Sequence record: PZ386965.1
Strand: one strand, 5' to 3'
From: a phage
Length of the DNA stretch: 64,000 bases
The translations under genes and the position numbers were made by a program. Below the pieces are notes generated by a model. It searched no databases and was not told the origin of the DNA. It saw only the letters and a program-made list of their open reading frames with translations. Below, in pieces: positions 34,477 to 43,893 of the stretch (positions are counted from its first letter, which is position 1; each line of letters starts with the position of its first letter).

Positions 34477-34617
34477 TCACCATATTAATGAACGAATATC
34501 CATTATAACATCTGAAATGAAAAGCACTACTTGGATTAGTCCAAACATCACACCATAGTACAGAACCGTAAGCAACAACAAGAGCCCGAAGGCTCCTGCT
34601 AAGATTTTCTTAATCAT
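34477..34617 (-). CDS. small hydrophobic peptide (46 aa)
   Basis: Hand-translated minus-strand ORF MIKKILAGAFGLLLLLTV...; ATG overlaps upstream stop (TAATG). Confidence 0.35.
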   Translation of the reverse strand: MIKKILAGAFGLLLLLTVLYYGVMFGLIQVVLFISDVIMDIRSLIW

Positions 34618-34763
34618 TACTCGCCTTTTAACACGTTAAAAAGAGCTAAGACCGCTAAGGTGCCTTGTGATACGGCCTGTTGAAATACTGTTGTTTCGCC
34701 TGTAACTAAAGTGTTAACGAATAAAAACGACCAACACAACAATGCAATAATCCATGATACCAT
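34617..34763 (-). CDS. small hydrophobic peptide (48 aa; ac-like by position)
   Basis: Hand-translated ORF MVSWIIALLCWSFLFVNTLV...; between ndd and gene 52. Confidence 0.35.
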   Translation of the reverse strand: MVSWIIALLCWSFLFVNTLVTGETTVFQQAVSQGTLAVLALFNVLKGE

Positions 34764-34815
34764 TTTAATTACCTCAAAAATAAATTAAAGGCCTAACTTA
34801 ATAGGCCTGTATAAA

Positions 34816-35262
34816 TTAGTAACTCTGCAGAATGAATTTGAAATTATCGGCCAGAAGACGGTTCATTTCAGTGAGTGTTTGATATTCTGATGTATGGTTG
34901 CGAGTGAATGCCAGAGCCAATTGACCTTTACCATAACCAGTGGTCAGTGGTTTCATGTTCTTGGCTGAAACAAAGATTACGTCATATTCAATATTATTAG
35001 TACCCATGGTACGGGCTAGTTGCGAACGGCCTTGACGAATGTGAGAAAGAATTGCATCCAACCCTTGTTTAGAACGTTGACGTCCTACAAAGAATCGTGC
35101 TGCTACTTGTCGCCAATCAGATGAACCTTTAACAAAGAAGTAAAAACCTTCACGAGAACGAAACTCTTTAGAAACTTCAGAACCGTATTCGCCGTTACGA
35201 ACCACTGCAACAACTTCACCGCCAACTGCCAGAAGGTCTTTACGAGTTAAATATTTGGACAT
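34816..35262 (-). CDS. ndd: nucleoid disruption protein
   Basis: 148 aa; ...[12 protein letters not shown]...[14 protein letters not shown]...[20 protein letters not shown] matches Ndd. Confidence 0.75.
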   Translation of the reverse strand: MSKYLTRKDLLAVGGEVVAVVRNGEYGSEVSKEFRSREGFYFFVKGSSDWRQVAARFFVGRQRSKQGLDAILSHIRQGRSQLARTMGTNNIEYDVIFVSAKNMKPLTTGYGKGQLALAFTRNHTSEYQTLTEMNRLLADNFKFILQSY

Positions 35263-35307
35263 GCTAATTTCCTCAATTGATTAATGTTTTTTGTAATCCA
35301 TGAGAGC

Positions 35308-35336
35308 ATTATACTCTGCTCTCAAGAGTTTGTACA
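35308..35336 (-). promoter_or_regulatory. sigma70-type early promoter (ndd)
   Basis: Minus strand TTGTAC(AAAC)...TATAAT. Confidence 0.4.
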
Positions 35337-35339
35337 ATT

Positions 35340-35540
35340 TTATTCGGCTATATCAGAACGTTCAAAAAGCTCTTCAACAGTTAAACATTCAGTGTCATCT
35401 TCAATAAAGAATCGAGTCCAACACGTTGGGGCGATACAGTTATGAGTTTGTCCGGCGATAGAAGCTACACGAATAAGCTGCTGACCATTATTCAGAACAA
35501 ATTTTTCACCAATTTCAACATCTTTAAAAAGCTTAGCCAT
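35340..35540 (-). CDS. hypothetical protein (66 aa)
   Basis: ORF track; promoter motif at 35569-35598. Confidence 0.4.
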   Translation of the reverse strand: MAKLFKDVEIGEKFVLNNGQQLIRVASIAGQTHNCIAPTCWTRFFIEDDTECLTVEELFERSDIAE

Positions 35541-35790
35541 TTTGTGTTCCTCATGTTTCAGTAGGACTACTATACCATAATCCTACCTTGTTGTAAACAA
35601 TTAAATTACATTAAAATATGTTAAAGCCAACCATGTTCCAGTGAACGAACATGCGATGTAAAACCACGCATCACAAATTGTTCTTAGTACAATAAGAAGT
35701 GCATTTTTCATAAGTACCTCAACACAATTGAAAATATTATACAAATCATTGGGATACTAAGCAACCATATTCCTATCCACATTTTAGAGC

Positions 35791-36054
35791 TCATATCTCA
35801 ACTTCCGCAAGTTCCATATATCCTTTGTTGATAACCTCTTTAAGGTCTTTAGAAAGAATAACATTAAAATGGTCGTTCATATGCCCGTTAACCAGACGAG
35901 TTATTTCGGCTTCAGATGACATATAAGGCACGTCCGAGTCCCAATGAGATAGACCTAAATGAGTATAAATCATCCCTTCGTCATCTGCGGTGTTGTACAT
36001 TGAAACAAACTCACCAGTCACTTTATGTTTTGCGTAGAAAAATTTAAATTTCAT
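35791..36054 (-). CDS. hypothetical protein (87 aa)
   Basis: ORF track; promoter motif at 36081-36110. Confidence 0.4.
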   Translation of the reverse strand: MKFKFFYAKHKVTGEFVSMYNTADDEGMIYTHLGLSHWDSDVPYMSSEAEITRLVNGHMNDHFNVILSKDLKEVINKGYMELAEVEI

Positions 36055-36080
36055 GATGTTATCCTCTTTTAGATAGGACT

Positions 36081-36110
36081 ACTATATCATAGTCCTACTT
36101 AGTTGTAAAC
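36081..36110 (-). promoter_or_regulatory. sigma70-type early promoter
   Basis: Minus strand GTTTAC-18 nt-TATAGT; 8-bp inverted repeat TAGGACTA/TAGTCCTA spans the -10. Confidence 0.4.
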
Positions 36111-36122
36111 ACTTTTATGAAA

Positions 36123-36680
36123 TTAAAGATGAAGATACCAGCCGTTGTAGTTGCTCTTGCGGACGATTTTCTTTAGGTCTTCATGGTCTCCCACGAACTT
36201 TATAGAATAAGAGAAGACGTCAGGTGAGGTTTCTTTGACATTCAATATAATAATACAGTCAGCGACTCGATGATTAAGGAAGGGCCCTATGTTGATTCCG
36301 TTGCCGCCTGGATAATCACCACTGTATCCTGTGGTAACAGAAATCCATTTAGAATCCATCTGATGTGTCTTGACTTCTACACGAATTCCACAATATTTGG
36401 GATGGGCCAACACGTCCCATGCATACGTGTATGGGTCTTCTACATCTTCAATACCTTTATTAACATATCCGTCTAGCCAATTTGCTACTACATACTCTGC
36501 AAAGACTGCAACCTTACAACGTCGAACTACATCTTCTTTGTTTTGGTCTGGATTTTGGCTCAACGAATATCGAGCAGTGTCAGCAATCTTCACCTTCATT
36601 TCACTAGTCAAAAACTCATTCGACAGAATAAATGTCGGAAGACTCTTCAGTCTCAACAATCCCAAGTTCGTCTTTACCAT
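36123..36680 (-). CDS. denB: putative PD-(D/E)xK nuclease, endonuclease IV-like by position
   Basis: ORF 36123-36743 trimmed to second Met (185 aa); WDVLAHPK...IRVEVK resembles D...E-x-K nuclease motif; between ndd and rIIB. Confidence 0.4.
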   Translation of the reverse strand: MVKTNLGLLRLKSLPTFILSNEFLTSEMKVKIADTARYSLSQNPDQNKEDVVRRCKVAVFAEYVVANWLDGYVNKGIEDVEDPYTYAWDVLAHPKYCGIRVEVKTHQMDSKWISVTTGYSGDYPGGNGINIGPFLNHRVADCIIILNVKETSPDVFSYSIKFVGDHEDLKKIVRKSNYNGWYLHL

Positions 36681-36903
36681 AGATACCTCTGATGTGTAGT
36701 TCGCCAAAATAAATGCGGTCACCTTCTTCAAGATATTCAGCATCTACAGGTGGAATTTCATTAACAACTTCGTCGCATTCTAACCAGCCATAGTGTGCAT
36801 CACCTGGGTGTTTTACCAATTTAGCACAATAAACCGATTTACACTTATGATGACCACGAAGATTAGCAATTTTGGATTCTGATACGTCAAATGGATGAAT
36901 CAT
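36616..36903 (-). CDS. hypothetical protein (95 aa)
   Basis: ORF track; Cys/His-containing; immediately downstream of rIIB terminator hairpin. Confidence 0.4.
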   Translation of the reverse strand: MIHPFDVSESKIANLRGHHKCKSVYCAKLVKHPGDAHYGWLECDEVVNEIPPVDAEYLEEGDRIYFGELHIRGIYGKDELGIVETEESSDIYSVE

Positions 36904-36916
36904 AATTACCCCTAAA

Positions 36917-36939
36917 GAAAAAAGGGGACCGAAGTCCCC
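36917..36939 (-). terminator. UUCG-tetraloop hairpin terminator after rIIB
   Basis: GGGGAC-UUCG-GUCCCC-UUUUUUC on minus strand. Confidence 0.55.
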
Positions 36940-36944
36940 AATTA

Positions 36945-37892
36945 TTATTCTGCAAATAATTCAGTAACGTCTGAAATTACTTCATAACGACAAGTACGCA
37001 TCTTAGCATCACCATAGTCAACCGGGATGGATACAACATCACGTGGATGAACTTTAACCTTAACAACTTTATCTGAGCTTGAACCAAAGTGGCGAATATA
37101 AGATTTAGCACAAACGTGGAGACCGCGAGAACAGGTTTGAGTATCATCGTCGTTAACTCGAGTACGAGGCATTGAAACAACTTTACCTGGGGAGTTATCA
37201 AATGTGCCACTATAGCAGTCTAAATAGTCCTTACGAACTACTTTCCACGCATAGAAATACCCATCTTCAGTGATTTCAATATCATTTGCAACCAAGAAGT
37301 CGAATAAACGTTGTACAGCTTTTTCGCTTGGGTTTTCTAACAGGTTTTCAAGGAACGGCAGATAGAATTTAAAGTCTTCGCCTTTTTCCATGGAATCAAT
37401 AATACGATTAACCAGGCCAGAACGAATCTCTATACCTTGATAAAATAAACTACCACCTTCAATAACAACATTACCGTCAACAAACTTACTAATAGCTTTC
37501 TTGATGTTAATAAGTTCGACAGCTTTACTAAGGTTTCCTGCGACCAGATTAGCTTTAATTTCTTCAAAATTTGCATGACTTGATGGGGTCGCATTGTATG
37601 CTACGCGTCCTTCAATAATTGAAATAAATTTAGATGACGCGTTCCATACGATTTCAGGACGATGTCCGCCGATAATAGGTTCATCATTTTCTGGAACTTC
37701 TTCGATTACATAAGAGGCATCGTTTGCTTCAGGGACAACGCCTTCTGCTTTAAAATTCTTAACAATCTTACGAAGAGTATCTGTTGAAATGTCGAAGTAA
37801 TCGGCAATTTCTTTACGAGTCCATTTGCCTGATTCAACCAGGCCGTAAGCTTCTAACTGTTCTTCTTGGGACAAGCATTTGATATTGTACAT
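36945..37892 (-). CDS. rIIB: rIIB protein
   Basis: 315 aa; MYNIKCLSQEEQLEAYGL... and C-terminal ...CSRGLHVCAKSYIRHFGSS... match rIIB. Confidence 0.85.
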   Translation of the reverse strand: MYNIKCLSQEEQLEAYGLVESGKWTRKEIADYFDISTDTLRKIVKNFKAEGVVPEANDASYVIEEVPENDEPIIGGHRPEIVWNASSKFISIIEGRVAYNATPSSHANFEEIKANLVAGNLSKAVELINIKKAISKFVDGNVVIEGGSLFYQGIEIRSGLVNRIIDSMEKGEDFKFYLPFLENLLENPSEKAVQRLFDFLVANDIEITEDGYFYAWKVVRKDYLDCYSGTFDNSPGKVVSMPRTRVNDDDTQTCSRGLHVCAKSYIRHFGSSSDKVVKVKVHPRDVVSIPVDYGDAKMRTCRYEVISDVTELFAE

Positions 37893-37901
37893 AATGTTTC
37901 C

Positions 37902-40115
37902 TTATTTGGCCGCTTCCACGGCCTTCATGAATTTAACGATTTGAGCGACCTGTTCTTTGGAAAGAGTACCACGTCGTCCCATGTATTCTGACACAATATG
38001 ATAATTGGTTTCGAATTCAATAACCATTTTATCATCATTATCGTAAGCATTATCTTTAAGCTTATTGAAAATTTTAGCACACAGTTCTAACTTCTTATTC
38101 AGGTCTGTATTAGTAGCACCTGCGAATCGATTCCATCCCCAACGATTATTTACTGTTGAGAGTTTTGCAAAGTCTTTACTGATTTCTTTGTTCTTAGAGC
38201 TAAAATACTTACTAAGGAAGTTAAGCTCTTCATTACGAGTAATATGATTCAAATAAGGCTGTGCTCTACGACTTGGTGATACATACTCATCATAATCCAC
38301 TTTATCGATTAGCGTAATATAGTCATTAATTGATTTTTCGAACAAACATTCTACTTCACCAAGTTTACGAACTTTCTTAGCAATCTGTGGACGAACTACA
38401 GTGAACTCTTTAATACCTGACAAATCAGCAATACGGGTCAAGAAATTGGAGTCATAGTTCAACCAACCTTTATCTGCGTCAAGACATTCAGCATTAGAAC
38501 GATTACGAACTATAGCATAACCTTGGATTTCATCTGCTTCACTTGCCGGAATAAAGAGGTCTTCTGATACCCAAACATCGTTTTCATTCTTAAAGAATCG
38601 ATGAGCACTTGGCGATTTAGGACGAGGCTCATTAGTCCGTTTCCTGACTTCAATCCATGGCTTAACGATTTGTAAAAGCTCTGAAGTCTTGTACATGTTA
38701 ATGTTGTCGCCATCAAAGATAACTTTAAGGCGTTCCAGAAGTTTCATTGCATCTTCGTCTGTAGGGTCAACGAATAGTACGCTTTTACCAAAACCTCGTG
38801 GAACTTTACCAGTTAATTTAACCTCGTCTTTAGACATTTCAATTGAATTAAGAGCTCGCATTAATGGAACGCGTCCCTTAACGTCGTCAATAACAATTTC
38901 AACGTTTTTAATGTTAATGCCAATCAGACTGTTAATTGAAATGGTTGCCGTTGAGCTACCACTTTCACGAATACGACGAAGACGAGGGGATTCAACGATA
39001 TCATATACGACGCCAAGATTACACCACTCAGGCCCCATTTTAAAACGTTTGTACAACTCAGAATAAGTTAGTTGTTCTTTAGAGTATTTCAGTGATTCAA
39101 TATTAGACCCAGCCTTTTCCATGTATTTACGAGCGGTATATCCAAGAGAATCAATTTCACGGAACACATGACGTGGGTATTTACAATCAATCCATTTCTT
39201 AGAATCTTCAGCGAACAATTTAGCATCGATTTCTGCAACGCGTTTATGGATATTTGCTACTGTACGTTTATCAAATGACAATGCTTCACGAGACGGAGCT
39301 ACATCTAGTTCACCCATAGGGAATTTAATATAAGCTGTAGTGCATCGCGTCATCATCCACGTTTGTTCTTTAATAACACTTCCGATTGGATATACAATAC
39401 CGCCATAAACAGCCATGATATTACCGCGTTCACCCCATGGAGCTTCCTTGGCCAAATATACATCATCAAATTCAGGGAAGTATTTAATATCTTTAACACC
39501 ACGAACTTCTGCAATATCACCTAGAGGACGCATAACATACGCAATTTCGGATGCAAACTTTTCAAAATCTTCCGGGTTAACCGGTACGACTACTTCTACA
39601 CCAGTACGGTCATCAGGACCCATCTTATCTACAAAAGTCGGCTTAATTTGTGGACCCGTGTCATCTTGGTAGATTACGTAACCACGAACTTCACCATTGT
39701 GATAAGACGTAAGGTTAAACGTATCGGTATATGCTAGTGGAGCTTTAGAGCCGAGTCCGAATCCACCAATGAAATCGTTGCTCGATGTTTTAGTTGAAGC
39801 AAAATATGAGTTATAGATTCCTGGCTCTTCGTCATTACCTCGAATGGTGAAATCGCTCATACCAGGACCAAAGTCTCGAACTACAAAGCGTGGGTCTAAA
39901 CGACCTGGAGCCTGAACAATAAACTTATCAGTGCAACCGTTAAGAATTTGTCCATCGATACAGTTTGTAATTAATTCACGTACACAAGCCAATTCTTTGT
40001 TTGTATAAAGGTCATTAGACAAAATCTTATAAACTTTGCTATTGCCTTGAATAGTGAATGCTGTGCTCTTACCGCCTGAACCAATAATCGTTTCTTTAGC
40101 CGTTTCAATAATCAT
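37902..40115 (-). CDS. rIIA: rIIA protein
   Basis: 737 aa; MIIETAKETIIGSGGKSTAFTIQ... with GHKL-type ATPase-like N-terminus. Confidence 0.9.
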   Translation of the reverse strand: MIIETAKETIIGSGGKSTAFTIQGNSKVYKILSNDLYTNKELACVRELITNCIDGQILNGCTDKFIVQAPGRLDPRFVVRDFGPGMSDFTIRGNDEEPGIYNSYFASTKTSSNDFIGGFGLGSKAPLAYTDTFNLTSYHNGEVRGYVIYQDDTGPQIKPTFVDKMGPDDRTGVEVVVPVNPEDFEKFASEIAYVMRPLGDIAEVRGVKDIKYFPEFDDVYLAKEAPWGERGNIMAVYGGIVYPIGSVIKEQTWMMTRCTTAYIKFPMGELDVAPSREALSFDKRTVANIHKRVAEIDAKLFAEDSKKWIDCKYPRHVFREIDSLGYTARKYMEKAGSNIESLKYSKEQLTYSELYKRFKMGPEWCNLGVVYDIVESPRLRRIRESGSSTATISINSLIGINIKNVEIVIDDVKGRVPLMRALNSIEMSKDEVKLTGKVPRGFGKSVLFVDPTDEDAMKLLERLKVIFDGDNINMYKTSELLQIVKPWIEVRKRTNEPRPKSPSAHRFFKNENDVWVSEDLFIPASEADEIQGYAIVRNRSNAECLDADKGWLNYDSNFLTRIADLSGIKEFTVVRPQIAKKVRKLGEVECLFEKSINDYITLIDKVDYDEYVSPSRRAQPYLNHITRNEELNFLSKYFSSKNKEISKDFAKLSTVNNRWGWNRFAGATNTDLNKKLELCAKIFNKLKDNAYDNDDKMVIEFETNYHIVSEYMGRRGTLSKEQVAQIVKFMKAVEAAK

Positions 40116-40127
40116 ATTTTTCTCTCA

Positions 40128-40328
40128 TCACAAGTTACGTTTAAAAATTTCTGCTACTTCAAGAAGTTCTTCTTTAGTAGCTGTATCGGTTTGTATTTTA
40201 TATCGAATTTCTTTAAAGCGTTCTTTAAAGGACTCTGCTGATTCGATATCAAAAAATCTTTGGATAAGCCGGAATTCCCGGAGCACTGCTTTATCAAAAA
40301 GTTCCAAGTCCACGTTATATGTTCTCAT
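40128..40328 (-). CDS. rIIA.1-like small protein
   Basis: 66 aa ORF directly upstream of rIIA. Confidence 0.45.
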   Translation of the reverse strand: MRTYNVDLELFDKAVLREFRLIQRFFDIESAESFKERFKEIRYKIQTDTATKEELLEVAEIFKRNL

Positions 40329-40420
40329 AATATTCTCTTCAGTAGATTCCTAGGGCACTATTACTAAAGACCATATAATCTATCATCTTATGTGTAATAG
40401 TGCCTCAGGCTATTCAGGAT

Positions 40421-41521
40421 TTACGCTGTGAAGATTTTATCCCACATCGCAACAACTGCATCTCGATTATACTTCTTCCATACTGCTTCAGCACGTTTAA
40501 CTCGAGCTTCGTATGTGTCAGTGAATTCTAATACAGCTTTTGTGTAAAGCGCAACTACTTCTTTCTTAGGAGTAGAGGAATCAATTTCTACACGCACAGT
40601 ATCTGGGTCGTATTCAAATGACGCATGAGGATAATCCTTAAAAACTAACTGGATTACAGGGACACCTTTAGAGATGGCTTCAATAGAACTATTCTCTACC
40701 GTACCTGTGTCAGGACACGTATTAATAAGTGCTTTAGCTGTTTTAAGACGTTCCATAATTTCACTGTGTGGAGCATCAATAATAACAGGATATTTAGCTG
40801 GTGGTGCCCATTTACTAGGACAGTATCCTGCACCATTTTCGCCTAGTGCTTTAATCGCTTCAAGAGCAACATCAGTACGACGCATTTTAGTGTCATAACG
40901 TTGTGCACTAATAATCAGATCAGTCGCCGGAAGAACTTCAGGTTTCTCATTCAAACAAATAACCGGATAATCTTCGGCTTCAAACAACGGATTTGCTCGC
41001 CAATAATCATAATCAATTTTGTCAGTCAGACCTGAAGTCATATAACAATATTTACGTTCAAATTCACGGAAGGCTTTAGTAGGAGCATAACTCTTACCAC
41101 CGTTCTTATGAATTTGAATAGTCTGGTCCCAAATTTGAACAATGCCACGAGATACCGGTTCAAATGGTGTTGCCATAAAATTCTTATGAACTTTAGAGAG
41201 ACCTGCGTCTTTAATTGCCTGAACGGTTAGTTTAGTCGGTTCCATAGTAACAACGAAATCGTATTCATGGATGCCGGCTAGTTCAACAATCTTACGAGCC
41301 ATAGTATAACTCATACCTAGACTGAATTTAGTCAGATGACCAACAGGATGATGATTAACCTTCCAATCACCAAATGTGTCATTATCAAAACCAATATAAT
41401 CAATATCGGCACCGATAGAAACTAAATATTTCAACACATTTAAATGTACTGCTTCAAGACCACCTTGTACACGGTCAGGATTAAATGGGACTGCACGAGA
41501 TGGGATAAACATAACTTTCAT
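40421..41521 (-). CDS. GT-B fold glycosyltransferase (GT4-like)
   Basis: 366 aa; N-terminal ...FNPDRVQGGLEAVHLNVLKYL (GG-E motif) and C-terminal TVENSSIEAISKGVPVI (E-x7-E-like); ATG at 41519-41521. Confidence 0.65.
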   Translation of the reverse strand: MKVMFIPSRAVPFNPDRVQGGLEAVHLNVLKYLVSIGADIDYIGFDNDTFGDWKVNHHPVGHLTKFSLGMSYTMARKIVELAGIHEYDFVVTMEPTKLTVQAIKDAGLSKVHKNFMATPFEPVSRGIVQIWDQTIQIHKNGGKSYAPTKAFREFERKYCYMTSGLTDKIDYDYWRANPLFEAEDYPVICLNEKPEVLPATDLIISAQRYDTKMRRTDVALEAIKALGENGAGYCPSKWAPPAKYPVIIDAPHSEIMERLKTAKALINTCPDTGTVENSSIEAISKGVPVIQLVFKDYPHASFEYDPDTVRVEIDSSTPKKEVVALYTKAVLEFTDTYEARVKRAEAVWKKYNRDAVVAMWDKIFTA

Positions 41522-41539
41522 AATTAAGCCTTATTAAAA

Positions 41540-41565
41540 TTAAAATGAAGCTCCCGAAGGAGCTT
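41540..41565 (-). terminator. UUCG-tetraloop hairpin after gene 39
   Basis: AAGCUCC-UUCG-GGAGCUU then U-rich tail on minus strand, between gene 39 and the glycosyltransferase gene. Confidence 0.45.
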
Positions 41566-43381
41566 AGGACATCCATTCTTTACGAAGTTCTGAATCATCA
41601 CCCATCAACATTTCAAAGAGTTCTTTCCAATTTTCAGGAAGTTTAACTACGTCGTACACAGGGTTCTGAATCATTTCACGATATTCTGACTTTTCAAGGG
41701 AGCCTAATCCCTTGATGTATCGAATACTATGCTTAGGCAGTGTATCTTTAACTTCTTCATACTCAGCTACAGTATAAAACCATTTTTGAGTTTTGCCAAT
41801 TTGTGCAATAATTACAGGTGTTTTAACAAAGCGAATACGTCCTTGTTCAAACAATTCAGGCCAATTACTAAAGAAAGCAAGCAAAGCCGGATAGATACTT
41901 CCAAGACCGTCATGATCTGCATCAGTCATAATTGCAATATTACGATAGTTCGTATTCTCTGCCTTTTCACCAAGAATAAGACCTGTGATAGCACAGATAT
42001 CAAAGAGCTCTTTGTTCTTCATCATATCAGCATATGACATACCCCAGCTATTCATCACCTTACCACGTAACGGGAATCCGCCGTGTAGTTCACGGTCACG
42101 AACATCAATGAGATAACCAATTGCAGAATCACCTTCTGTTAAGAACAATGTCGTATCTGCATCTTTACCACATTGGTTAGCTTTAATATGCTTATGAACC
42201 TTAGCTTTAGTTGCCTTTTTAGCTGCTTTAGTTTCTGCAGCCTTTTCTGCCGCCAATTTACGAGCTAATGCTGCTTCAACAATAGGCATAATCAAGGCTT
42301 CGTTTTTAAGAAGTGCCTGAGCAATTTTCTTAGCATCTAATTGGATATGATTACGAATATCGCCATACGTTGACGTTAAACGTTCTTTAGTCTGAGAATC
42401 AAAACGCATGTTGCTCATGTCTCTAATAAACATCAACATTGTGAGGCATTCTTTAACACGAGCTTTAGTGACTTCAATACCCTTATATTTCTTTTTAATA
42501 CCCGGCAAAAGATGTTCGCAGATATCGTCCATTACACATTCAACATGATGTCCACCATTTTTAGTATGGATGTTATTCACATAAGTTAAATGACGGAAGC
42601 CATCTGGTGATGTTGTGAATGCTATAGAGACTTTATCATTTTCTTGAATGATGTTATCTTCACCAAATTGTTTAGCAAATCGTTTAAAATTACCATCAAC
42701 CTTTTTACCGTTAAATGTGAACTTGATATCAGGATAAACGACTGCCAATGTTTGAAGTCGGTCTAAAGTAATATCTAAATAAATTTGAGATAAATTATGC
42801 TCTTCAAATGAAGTGAAATCAGGAGTGAAGATTACTTTAGTGCCTTTACCTTTAGATTTCTTAGAAGACCATGATTTGTTTTCCATTCCGTTTGAACAGT
42901 TAACAGTGATTTCATTTTCGCCATCTGACGTAATGCCTGTAAACAACGTAGAGAAGATATTAGTTAAACTACTCCCTACACCGTTCATACCACCGGTCTT
43001 GCGTTCAGAGTCATCACCAAAGTTACCACCAGCCTTTGGAATAGTCCAGGCTGCTACAGGCCCAGGAATTTGTTCACCTGTTTGGTCGGTAACTAAACCT
43101 TGAGGAATACCACGTCCGTTATCTTCTACAGAAACTTGATTATTTTTAATTTGCACATCAATTTTATTTGCAAACTTAAATGATGTACGAATAGCTTCAT
43201 CAACCGAGTTGTCAATAATCTCATCGATTAATTTAACCAGGCCAGGAACATATTCAACTTGTTGATATTTACCAAACAAAAAACGCTCATGTGCTTCTTT
43301 GGCCGAAGAACCAATATACATACCACTACGTTTCTTAATATGTTCTACATCTGACAATACCTTAATTTCATTTTTAATCAT
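41564..43381 (-). CDS. 39: topoisomerase II large subunit (GyrB-like), unsplit
   Basis: 605 aa; GHKL ATPase motifs (IDNSVDEA, NGRGIP, GGMNGVGSS) and Toprim region in one ORF. Confidence 0.9.
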   Translation of the reverse strand: MIKNEIKVLSDVEHIKKRSGMYIGSSAKEAHERFLFGKYQQVEYVPGLVKLIDEIIDNSVDEAIRTSFKFANKIDVQIKNNQVSVEDNGRGIPQGLVTDQTGEQIPGPVAAWTIPKAGGNFGDDSERKTGGMNGVGSSLTNIFSTLFTGITSDGENEITVNCSNGMENKSWSSKKSKGKGTKVIFTPDFTSFEEHNLSQIYLDITLDRLQTLAVVYPDIKFTFNGKKVDGNFKRFAKQFGEDNIIQENDKVSIAFTTSPDGFRHLTYVNNIHTKNGGHHVECVMDDICEHLLPGIKKKYKGIEVTKARVKECLTMLMFIRDMSNMRFDSQTKERLTSTYGDIRNHIQLDAKKIAQALLKNEALIMPIVEAALARKLAAEKAAETKAAKKATKAKVHKHIKANQCGKDADTTLFLTEGDSAIGYLIDVRDRELHGGFPLRGKVMNSWGMSYADMMKNKELFDICAITGLILGEKAENTNYRNIAIMTDADHDGLGSIYPALLAFFSNWPELFEQGRIRFVKTPVIIAQIGKTQKWFYTVAEYEEVKDTLPKHSIRYIKGLGSLEKSEYREMIQNPVYDVVKLPENWKELFEMLMGDDSELRKEWMS

Positions 43382-43424
43382 GTTGTCTCCTCGTTATGAA
43401 GGTATTCTATCATCCGAAATCTAA

Positions 43425-43445
43425 AGCAAAAAGGGCCGAAGCCCT
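43425..43445 (-). terminator. UUCG-tetraloop hairpin terminator
   Basis: AGGGC-UUCG-GCCCU-UUUUGC on minus strand. Confidence 0.5.
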
Positions 43446-43891
43446 TATTTAAATTTAATTTTCTGAAGTGCATCAATTGCAGCCAAACGCCCTTGTTCAC
43501 TTTTAACTGTAATGACCACATCGCCTGATACGATCACCGAACCATCAACAAATTCTATAGAGCCTTTTTTGAAATCGACAGCTGTATCTGGTTCCGGAAC
43601 TTCTTCAAAGAATTTAAATTCTGCACCGTAAATCAGAATATCACCTTGCATACTATGAATAGTTCGGCCATAATCGCCTACGGCTTCTACAGCAATCACT
43701 GAAACACCATAGCCAATCATCTCTTCCACAATAAAATCTTTGGACAATAAAGTAGTATGCAGATTAGTATTAAGACGTTTACCAGTCGTATTAAGAATTC
43801 TCAAGAAATTATCTTCCTGTCCTTTGATAATACGATATTTCTTACCAACTTCAAAACCTTTAAAACCTTTAAAAGCCGTATTAAAAGCCAT
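43445..43891 (-). CDS. hypothetical protein (148 aa)
   Basis: ORF track; followed by UUCG hairpin terminator. Confidence 0.45.
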   Translation of the reverse strand: MAFNTAFKGFKGFEVGKKYRIIKGQEDNFLRILNTTGKRLNTNLHTTLLSKDFIVEEMIGYGVSVIAVEAVGDYGRTIHSMQGDILIYGAEFKFFEEVPEPDTAVDFKKGSIEFVDGSVIVSGDVVITVKSEQGRLAAIDALQKIKFK

Positions 43892-43893
43892 AA

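Noticed and set aside
34582-34595. GAGCC-UUCG-GGCUC hairpin resembling the terminator family
   Set aside because: It falls inside the coding frame of the 46-aa peptide ORF (codons A-F-G-L) and has no U-tract; probably coincidental.
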